IMG/VR virus record: IMGVR_UViG_3300033153_015493
From: a virus
Direction: 5' to 3' (one strand)
DNA: 25,632 nt
A model generated the notes under the pieces. That model searched no databases, was not told the origin of the DNA, and worked only from the letters and a program-made list of their open reading frames with translations. Numbering within the stretch: position 1 is the first letter of the stretch; each line of letters begins with the position of its first letter. Below are positions 15,680-21,797 of the stretch, piece by piece. The position numbers were made by a program, and so were the translations under genes.

Positions 15680-16462
15680 CTATATGCTTATTACAACTCC
15701 TGCGTTTGCAGCCAGTTCATTCAGTATTGTCTGGTTTCTGAAAGCAAGGAATGCCGCAATGCCTGCTGCAATGGCTGCTGCAATGGCAAGCCATTTCATA
15801 AGGTCAAGGTTTTTCTGCCCTGTAATATTAGCTGCACTTGATGCTGCCCTTGCCGCAAGGTTGTCAATTATCTTGCTGTCAAACTCTGAGTAAAGCTCAA
15901 AGAAATCCTTTGGCACAGGATCGCCCTCAATGAAAAAGAATGCCGGCCTTGATTTGTAATAATAATTTTCTGACTTGTCAATGTCTTTCAGCAGTGAGTT
16001 AAGCCTTTTTATTTCTGCTTCTATTGGTGCAACACTTTTTAACAGTTCAATCCTCTGCTCATCTGCAAGGGCAGCAAGGTTAAACCTTCCAATCCTCTGC
16101 TCTCTTTTTTGTTTGAGCCAGTCAATCCTTTTCAAAATTCTTGCTTCCTTTTCCTCAAGCTTCTTTTTTATTTTTTCCTTTTCCTTGTCTGTTATGTATT
16201 TTGTTTCAAGGTTTATGCATTTCTTTGGGTTGGTTGCATAAATATTGTTGTTGATTCTAAAGCTGTTTTCCTTTGGTGTAAGGAATGAAAGCCCTGCAAA
16301 CCTTGCTGAGTTTATTATAAAAACAAAGCATCCTTTCTTGTTGAAAAATCTTTTGAAGGCAAACATTATGTCCTTGCCTGCAATCATAATAACAAACATA
16401 ACTCCTGTTGCTGCCATTAGAAAACCAAAAACAATATAGATTATTGCCATTACACTTAACAT
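15680..16462 (-). CDS. 260-aa protein with N- and C-terminal TM helices and central coiled coil, putative morphogenesis protein
   Basis: GGTGGTG RBS, TM at both ends, PAFFFIEGDPVPKDF motif, charged coiled-coil segment in the middle. Confidence 0.75.
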   Translation of the reverse strand: MLSVMAIIYIVFGFLMAATGVMFVIMIAGKDIMFAFKRFFNKKGCFVFIINSARFAGLSFLTPKENSFRINNNIYATNPKKCINLETKYITDKEKEKIKKKLEEKEARILKRIDWLKQKREQRIGRFNLAALADEQRIELLKSVAPIEAEIKRLNSLLKDIDKSENYYYKSRPAFFFIEGDPVPKDFFELYSEFDSKIIDNLAARAASSAANITGQKNLDLMKWLAIAAAIAAGIAAFLAFRNQTILNELAANAGVVISI

Positions 16463-16480
16463 TTTACACCACCATTTAGT

Positions 16481-16723
16481 TTATTTTTTAATTTCATTTA
16501 TTATATCCCAAATTGTAATATTTCTTTCTTTGTTGCCTTCCTTAATTTTTCCTTCTTGTATAAATTCTATCAAACTTTGCTTAAAAGATTTTAATTTTTC
16601 AGTTACATAATCAGCAGCTATCTTATCCTTTAGAAAATATTTGTTAAAGAAGGCAAGTTTTTCTTCGGCACTTGCCCAAGTGACATTTTTCCATAATTTG
16701 TTAAATCCTTTTGGTGTGCTCAT
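16481..16723 (-). CDS. 80-aa hypothetical protein
   Basis: AT-rich ORF with AGGA RBS-like motif between two putative morphogenesis genes. Confidence 0.6.
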   Translation of the reverse strand: MSTPKGFNKLWKNVTWASAEEKLAFFNKYFLKDKIAADYVTEKLKSFKQSLIEFIQEGKIKEGNKERNITIWDIINEIKK

Positions 16724-16739
16724 TCTTATCCTTCTCTTA

Positions 16740-17150
16740 CTATTTCCTCTTGAACATGCCTAAAAAACTGAAAGGCTTTTTTTCTGCAACCTTTTCTGAA
16801 TATTCTGTCTTGCTTATCTGGGTTAGCTTTGTAAACAGCTCGCCTATCCAACCGCCTTTGCTTCTTGCAGTTGCCTCAACAGTTGCGAGGTTGCACAACA
16901 GAAGGTATTTTGTTTTCGGCAGGGAATACATATCGCAGATAGTAACAAGCTGGGAGATGTCAAGAATGAAAGAGCGGTCTTGAGGGTCAAAGTTGTTGAA
17001 AGCCATGTCCCTGTTTATCTGGTCAAAGCCTTCTGTAACTGGCTCAATAAGCTCTGCGTTAAGCTGTAACTGCCTTTCAAATAATTGTCTTGGCCTTACA
17101 GAAGTCTGCGGGTTTACTGTTGGTTTTTGTTCTGTATCTTCTTCTTCCAT
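16740..17150 (-). CDS. 136-aa hypothetical protein, putative morphogenesis module
   Basis: GAGGT RBS, ARSKGGWIGELFTK motif near the C-terminus. Confidence 0.75.
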   Translation of the reverse strand: MEEEDTEQKPTVNPQTSVRPRQLFERQLQLNAELIEPVTEGFDQINRDMAFNNFDPQDRSFILDISQLVTICDMYSLPKTKYLLLCNLATVEATARSKGGWIGELFTKLTQISKTEYSEKVAEKKPFSFLGMFKRK

Positions 17151-17167
17151 TGTTTACCTCTTAAATT

Positions 17168-17602
17168 TTATACTATTGTTACTGCTGCAATAATGAAATA
17201 CAAACCAATGACTACAAGGATAACTCCAAGTATCTTGTTTATTATTCCTGTTGTCTGGCTGTAAGTTATTGTTTCTGTTTCAGTTGTTGTTGAATTCATA
17301 AGCAGAAATTCTGTTGTAAGTAAATAGTCAGTTTCGTTGCAGGGGTCTGCATAATAACTTGAATTACAAACCTCAGTGAAATTTGCAATTTGAGTGTAGT
17401 TGTAAGGCAGGTATTCATTCTCTGTAAATATTGTTGTGTTAGTCCCAGAGGCATAATCAACATTGTTTACCGCTGCTGAAACTCCGAGAAGAATGAGGAT
17501 AATCCCAGCTATAAGTATTGCTGCCTTTTCTTTCTGCATATAGCCAAAAATAAGAAGTCCTACTGAAATCAGCAATGCAGTGATGAAAAATATTGGCAGC
17601 AT
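17168..17602 (-). CDS. 144-aa membrane protein with heavily glycosylated loop
   Basis: Two N-terminal TM segments, a loop with six sequons (NTT, NYT, NFT, NSS, NET, NST) and a Cys pair, and a C-terminal TM helix. Confidence 0.8.
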   Translation of the reverse strand: MLPIFFITALLISVGLLIFGYMQKEKAAILIAGIILILLGVSAAVNNVDYASGTNTTIFTENEYLPYNYTQIANFTEVCNSSYYADPCNETDYLLTTEFLLMNSTTTETETITYSQTTGIINKILGVILVVIGLYFIIAAVTIV

Positions 17603-17626
17603 TTTTATTTCCTTGTTCTAAAAGAC

Positions 17627-17644
17627 AAAAAAAAATAAAAAAAA
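17627..17644 (-). terminator. Archaeal oligo-T terminator after the major-capsid-like gene
   Basis: T8-A-T9 on the minus strand, 13 nt after the stop at 17657. Confidence 0.65.
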
Positions 17645-17656
17645 TATTCTCAGTCT

Positions 17657-17875
17657 TTACCTGTTCTTAGTGTATATCAGTGCGGCAACGCCGACAAATA
17701 ATACAACTGCGAGCATCAGTGGCAGGTAATCCAAGATTGTTTTGGTAGTTCCTGTTATGCTTGAGTTTGTTATTGTGTCCTTAATAACTGGGATAGCAAC
17801 TCCAACTCCAACAATAACTGCAATCATCAATCCAATAAATGCAGCAACAAGACCTGTCTGACCTTTTCTATTCAT
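17657..17875 (-). CDS. Putative major capsid protein (72 aa, two hydrophobic helices, class III signal peptide), spindle-shaped-virus type
   Basis: GGAGGTG RBS at 17891-17885. MNRKG|QTGLVAAFIGLMIAVIVGVGVAIPVIKDTITNSSITGTTKTILDYLPLMLAVVLFVGVAALIYTKNR. NSS sequon in the inter-helix turn. Own TATA box and terminator. Confidence 0.75.
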   Translation of the reverse strand: MNRKGQTGLVAAFIGLMIAVIVGVGVAIPVIKDTITNSSITGTTKTILDYLPLMLAVVLFVGVAALIYTKNR

Positions 17876-17919
17876 TAAACATGACACCTCCCGATGTAGG
17901 AGTATATAATATTGTGCCA

Positions 17920-17927
17920 TATTTAAA
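17920..17927 (-). promoter_or_regulatory. TATA box for the major-capsid-like gene
   Basis: TTTAAATA, positioned so that a TSS near 17897 leaves the RBS and ATG 17875 downstream. Confidence 0.5.
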
Positions 17928-18138
17928 CATCACCTTTTTTGAGCTGGTACAACACTATCCGCTGGAACTTTGGAATTTTGATTTCAACCCTGATAAGCAT
18001 GTCCCTTTTCATCAAGGACTTTATTTCTCTGGAAGCAGAGCGGCTGTTCTTAGAACCAATCAATAACAGCTGTATCTCTTTAGAAGTCAAAGGTCTTTCT
18101 GAATGCTCAAGTATATCAGATACTGATTTATTTTTCAA
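17923..18138 (-). CDS. 71-aa winged-helix DNA-binding protein
   Basis: GGTGA RBS and TTG start. ILEHSERPLTSKEIQ...SASREIKSLMKRDMLIRVEI...VLYQL fits a wHTH pattern. Confidence 0.7.
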   Translation of the reverse strand: MKNKSVSDILEHSERPLTSKEIQLLLIGSKNSRSASREIKSLMKRDMLIRVEIKIPKFQRIVLYQLKKGDV

Positions 18139-18217
18139 CTTATCACCACAAAATTTATATAATAGTTTTGCTACATCTTACTTTTTGTTCGATTTTACAT
18201 AGTTTGCGAACTATTTT

Positions 18218-18393
18218 TTACAATAATATCTTTTCAAATAATTTGTCATATTGTTTTTCTGTTAATTCAAAACCACATTCTGAGCAACGAAAAGCCAAAG
18301 AACCAACAGCTACACAAGATTGTTGTAAACAATTAGGACAAACATTTTTTTCAATACATTCCTGTTGTAGTTCTAATTTATTATAGCACTCAT
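18218..18393 (-). CDS. Zn-ribbon protein (~58 aa) with an apparent 1-nt deletion near the start
   Basis: ATG 18393 gives MSAII. A -1 shift at the A3 run (18377-18379) gives KLELQQECIEKNVCPNCLQQSCVAVGSLAFRCSECGFELTEKQYDKLFEKILL*. Confidence 0.55.
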
Positions 18394-18495
18394 TTGATTC
18401 TTATTTTCTTTCGTATATCCCAAGGGATTACATTACTTTTCAATATACTATCTAATTCCTCAATTGTTAATCCACTTAAGTTATTTATATCAAAA

Positions 18496-18726
18496 TTATT
18501 GTTTGTTCCTCTTGTTCCAAGCCAAGTAGCATTTGTATTCAAAAGGACATCTCTTGCAGATAAGGCTTTTGTCGCTGTGTTGTTCTGAACCAAAGCAGAG
18601 TGGGATTTCAGATGCCATTTTATCCCCCTCCGCTGTAAGCATCATAGTATCAATATCCTTATGATACTCTACCAAACTTTCATTGCTCCAATACCTTTTC
18701 TCCAAAAGGTCTTCATTGGCATTCAT
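18496..18726 (-). CDS. Small protein with Cys-rich C-terminal half; possible internal start at 18618
   Basis: GGAGG RBS before 18726 and a second GGAGGGG RBS before MASEIPLCFG...CKRCPFEYKCY. Confidence 0.6.
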   Translation of the reverse strand: MNANEDLLEKRYWSNESLVEYHKDIDTMMLTAEGDKMASEIPLCFGSEQHSDKSLICKRCPFEYKCYLAWNKRNKQ

Positions 18727-18744
18727 TTTTTTGCCTCCATTGTT

Positions 18745-18849
18745 TTAATCATTAAAATAATTAAATAGTGGTATCCAATCATGGATACTTTTAACTATCT
18801 CTTGTTTGAAATACGATTTTAACAGTCGATACTTATAAGGTAAATTCAT
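18745..18849 (-). CDS. 34-aa hypothetical peptide
   Basis: MNLPYKYRLLKSYFKQEIVKSIHDWIPLFNYFND*, weak GAAGTGA RBS. Confidence 0.35.
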   Translation of the reverse strand: MNLPYKYRLLKSYFKQEIVKSIHDWIPLFNYFND

Positions 18850-18885
18850 TTTTTCACTTCTTAAAGTTTTAATATATTATTCCCC

Positions 18886-18982
18886 CAGCCTCGACGGTGT
18901 GAACGGCAAGTCGAAGTTTATGCTTCTGGAAACCACCGCCGATTGCTAAAGTATGAGCATAATCCCAAGGTATAGCGGGCTG
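18886..18982. ncRNA. Candidate structured non-coding element (three-way junction)
   Basis: Locally GC-rich intergenic stretch with CAGCC/GGCTG (18886-90/18978-82), TCGAC/GTCGA (18891-95/18910-14) and TTATGCT/AGCATAA (18918-24/18956-62). Confidence 0.3.
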
Positions 18983-19024
18983 TTTAAGGAATTTGATTAT
19001 TTATTGTTTTGCCTCCATTTAATC

Positions 19025-19055
19025 AAAAAAATAAAGGGTTTTTAAGCCCTTTATT
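19025..19055 (-). terminator. Hairpin plus T-tract terminator
   Basis: AATAAAGGG-8 nt loop-CCCTTTATT followed by T-tract, overlapping the stop of 19051-19407. Confidence 0.7.
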
Positions 19056-19407
19056 CAATCAACAGCCTGAAAAATCCATCTGAATTTGTCAAAACACGAC
19101 ATTGATCTCCAGATTCAGGCAATTTTCCATAATATTTTTTGTACTTACCTAAGTTGCTGTTAGAGCTGAACACTGTCTTGTCGCCTTCATTCTTGTAGTT
19201 GAAGAGCTTTTGCAGCTCATATTTCTCATTGTTGTGCATAATCTCAATATGCACATTTATTGCAGGGCTGTTTAAGTCGCCTTTCCAATTCTCTGTGTTC
19301 TTCACAAAGTCTGAGGTCTTGCCGTCATCTATCTTCACAATTACGCCTGTTGCGGATACGCCTGGCCCAAGTCCTTGTTTTTCTATGCTTTGTTGTGGGT
19401 TATACAT
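19051..19407 (-). CDS. 118-aa beta-rich protein, possible OB-fold ssDNA-binding protein
   Basis: Strong GGTGAAGGAGG RBS and own terminator suggest high expression. Alternating beta-strand pattern (GVIVKID, INVHIEI, CRVLTNSDGFFRLLIE). Function is inferred only. Confidence 0.6.
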   Translation of the reverse strand: MYNPQQSIEKQGLGPGVSATGVIVKIDDGKTSDFVKNTENWKGDLNSPAINVHIEIMHNNEKYELQKLFNYKNEGDKTVFSSNSNLGKYKKYYGKLPESGDQCRVLTNSDGFFRLLIE

Positions 19408-19443
19408 TGTCTTTATTCCTCCTTCACCTTAGTGAATATAATT

Positions 19444-19554
19444 AAAATAAGAGTCAGAACATTGAAAGCAAATGAATAGGGTAAAAACATTAGCCCCCAC
19501 AACACGATTTTAGGAGAGTGTTGCGTAAATCTTTCCTATTCTGACTCTTATTTT
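19444..19554. repeat. Perfect 16-bp inverted repeat enclosing nested stems
   Basis: AAAATAAGAGTCAGAA (19444-19459) / TTCTGACTCTTATTTT (19539-19554). Inner GAATAGG/CCTATTC and CAACAC/GTGTTG. Confidence 0.85.
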
Positions 19555-19664
19555 TGTATGAAAGCAGTTAATTTTCTTAGTTCTATAACTTCTTTCTGTA
19601 TGTTATTAAGGATTTCTTCAATCCTAATATCTTCATCAATTACTTGTTTTGTTGTTTCATCCAT
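19548..19664 (-). CDS. 38-aa coiled-coil peptide (not in ORF track)
   Basis: GGAGG RBS, MDETTKQVIDEDIRIEEILNNIQKEVIELRKLTAFIQK*. Confidence 0.6.
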   Translation of the reverse strand: MDETTKQVIDEDIRIEEILNNIQKEVIELRKLTAFIQK

Positions 19665-19677
19665 TTTGATTCCTCCA

Positions 19678-20154
19678 TTATATATTTGGGTCTGGTAATC
19701 TTAGTGTAGTATTAATTTTCAATTGTTTTCTATCAAAATCAACTCTTTCATTATATTTCCATATATGATTAGCAACTCTTTCTTTTGCTTGTAAATCTAA
19801 TCTTTTGATATCATTAGGATTAGTATCTGCATTATATCTTAGAAATACCCACCCATCACCAATTGTTCTAAAAGACCTTAAAACTAATTCCTTGCTTTTT
19901 CTTCTATGATAATGGGTTTTACAAGATTCAATAAACTTTTTAGTATTTTTTAAGTGTTTTAATTTTAGATTTCTTAAATAACCAACTTCCTTACACAATG
20001 TCTGTAAACATAGTTCTGCAAATTCTTTATGTGTGTAATAACTACTCCTATCATTAAAGTCTGTTAATGGATTCATCCTTGCTATTGCTTGAACAACTAT
20101 ATCTGACATTTTGAAACTTTCAGTTTCAAAGCCATCTTTACATTTTATTCTCAT
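19678..20154 (-). CDS. 158-aa basic hypothetical protein translationally coupled to ParB
   Basis: ATGA overlap with the ParB stop. Confidence 0.7.
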   Translation of the reverse strand: MRIKCKDGFETESFKMSDIVVQAIARMNPLTDFNDRSSYYTHKEFAELCLQTLCKEVGYLRNLKLKHLKNTKKFIESCKTHYHRRKSKELVLRSFRTIGDGWVFLRYNADTNPNDIKRLDLQAKERVANHIWKYNERVDFDRKQLKINTTLRLPDPNI

Positions 20155-21062
20155 TCTGACATCATCTCCATAATTTTTTTAACAATATGAGAAAGCCTAT
20201 CAATTTCTTTGTTTAATGGCTTTAGACAATCCATTATTTGTAGTTTAGAATCAGACGATAACTTATTTACAAAAGCCTTATTGTTAATTACTTGGAGAGT
20301 ACCTGCAATAAACTTTATCCTATCTTTTGAGTCATAAGATTTATTGAGTAGTTTTGTAACAATTCTATCTTCACTAAATTGTTTTCTTTCATTACTTTCA
20401 CCAAGACTTTTAAGTTCCTTCGCTTTTTGTTCAAAGTTATGTCTTGCAACTTCTTGCCTTACTTCTGTTGTTGTTTTATGTTTTGCCATATCTGCAAGTT
20501 TGTTCTGAATTTCTTTGTCTGGAATAGAAGCAATTGTTGTGGCTGTCCTTCTGTCAATCTTATCCTCTTTTAATAATTTTTTAACTTTTAATGAAGCTTG
20601 TTTTTCTATTCTAAAAAAGTCTCTAATTTTATCAGCCATGGCGCAATGTATATTCCCTACTATATAGGTTGATAAAGCATTAGCATCAATATATCCTTTA
20701 TTGTAGTAAGGCTCACCTAAACTCTTAGCAAGAGAAAACACAAAGCTTTTGAACTCTTCATTGTTTAAGTTTTCCCTCATCTCATTCTCAATAAGAGAAT
20801 CCCTTTTGATATCAGCATCAGTTTTGTATTCTTTGATAATAGCATACATCTTGTCTTTCTTTGCTAACTTGTTTGCTCTCCATCTTCTTTCACCTGCAAC
20901 AATTACATAATTATCTCCTTTTGGTGTAACCACAATTGGTTCTATCATTCCATGTTTGCTTATGTTGTCTGCCATTTCTTGCAATGCTTCTTTGTCAAAC
21001 TCCATTCTTGGCTGGAATGGATTTGGTTTTATTTTGCTTATCTCAATTTGTTTTAGTTCCAT
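20151..21062 (-). CDS. parB: ParB/Spo0J-like protein (ParB N-terminal domain, helical C-terminus)
   Basis: IKPNPFQPRMEFD...GMIEPIVV...IVAGERRWRA, including the GERRxRA CTP-binding box. Start moved to ATG 21062 (GAGGT RBS). Confidence 0.9.
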   Translation of the reverse strand: MELKQIEISKIKPNPFQPRMEFDKEALQEMADNISKHGMIEPIVVTPKGDNYVIVAGERRWRANKLAKKDKMYAIIKEYKTDADIKRDSLIENEMRENLNNEEFKSFVFSLAKSLGEPYYNKGYIDANALSTYIVGNIHCAMADKIRDFFRIEKQASLKVKKLLKEDKIDRRTATTIASIPDKEIQNKLADMAKHKTTTEVRQEVARHNFEQKAKELKSLGESNERKQFSEDRIVTKLLNKSYDSKDRIKFIAGTLQVINNKAFVNKLSSDSKLQIMDCLKPLNKEIDRLSHIVKKIMEMMSE

Positions 21063-21063
21063 T

Positions 21064-21270
21064 TTATACCTCATCTTCTTTAATTTCTTCTTCATAACCA
21101 CAATTATAACATATCCATTTTTGTTTATCTGGTTGGTTTTTCCAAAGATTATTTTGTGTTTCTACATTAAAATCATTAACAAAATCATTAGAACCATCAT
21201 CTCTTAATTGAAACCAAGCTCCAATATATCCTTCTCTTGTTAGTTCTCCTTTACATTTTGGGCATTTCAT
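21064..21270 (-). CDS. 68-aa Zn-ribbon protein
   Basis: MKCPKCKG...WICYNCGY. Confidence 0.75.
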   Translation of the reverse strand: MKCPKCKGELTREGYIGAWFQLRDDGSNDFVNDFNVETQNNLWKNQPDKQKWICYNCGYEEEIKEDEV

Positions 21271-21386
21271 TTTTTCTCCTTATTCCAAAAATAACTCTTG
21301 CATCTTGGGCAAGTCTTTGGTGGATTTTCTACTGGTAACCTTGATTCCCATTCATAAAAACACCTTTTACATTTGTATTTAACCAT
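21267..21386 (-). CDS. 39-aa Zn-finger protein (not in ORF track)
   Basis: GGAGG RBS, MVKYKCKRCFYEWESRLPVENPPKTCPRCKSYFWNKEKK*, ATGA overlap with the next gene. Confidence 0.75.
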   Translation of the reverse strand: MVKYKCKRCFYEWESRLPVENPPKTCPRCKSYFWNKEKK

Positions 21387-21430
21387 CTTAAGCCTCCGAA
21401 TCATATACTTATAATATTAGTATGTATAAT

Positions 21431-21448
21431 AACTATTTAAATATTTCG
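21431..21448 (-). promoter_or_regulatory. BRE-TATA promoter for the Zn-finger/ParB operon
   Basis: CGAAATA-TTTAAATA-GTT on the minus strand, about 50 nt upstream of ATG 21386. Confidence 0.6.
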
Positions 21449-21450
21449 CT

Positions 21451-21472
21451 ACTGCAAAACAACCTTTGCAGT
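21451..21472. repeat. Perfect 8-6-8 inverted repeat
   Basis: ACTGCAAA-ACAACC-TTTGCAGT. Confidence 0.75.
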
Positions 21473-21700
21473 GTATAAGCAAAGTCCAAAGCAGACAGAA
21501 AAGGAAAAAAGAGGTGATATTTGGGGGAATTTGGCGATTCCTTCCAAAACCCTGACTGCCTGCTATTTTGGTTTGGTTTCATCTGTTGAACTTACAACTA
21601 TTTTGTTGATTTTGGCCATTTTGTTATTTTCAAGTTTTTTCTAATTTTCTCAAAATCTTGTTGTTTTTTGAAATTCATATATAAAACTGGTAAAAAATTA

Positions 21701-21797
21701 CCACACTTGCCACACTTGCCACCCCACCTTACCCCTATAGAAAACATTTTCTTTTATATAAGGGTGAAAAGGGGTGGCAGCTGTGCCATCTGTGGCA
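21701..21797. repeat. Iteron-like and inverted repeat cluster, candidate replication origin
   Basis: CCACACTTG x2 in tandem (21701-21718). TGCCACCCC/GGGGTGGCA (21717-25/21771-79) around an imperfect inner IR. Four TGCCAC/GTGGCA hexamers. Abuts the helicase stop. Confidence 0.7.

Noticed and set aside
17876-17920. N-terminal extension MAQYYILLHREVSCL of the capsid-like ORF, and similar extensions at 237, 3229, 13404 and 21101
   Set aside because: These cover promoter or RBS sequence. Internal ATGs with clear RBS motifs or ATGA coupling are better starts.
18155-18162. TTATATAA as promoter for the wHTH gene
   Set aside because: Too close to the RBS and TTG start: the implied TSS would fall inside the ORF.
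18199-18214. Palindrome ATAGTT-TGCG-AACTAT
   Set aside because: Only 6 bp, AT-rich and with no T-tract on the coding strand. Plausible by chance, though it could be an operator.
18886-18982. tRNA or hammerhead ribozyme
   Set aside because: No cloverleaf with D/T-loop consensus and no CUGAUGA/GAAA core on either strand. Kept only as a generic structured element.
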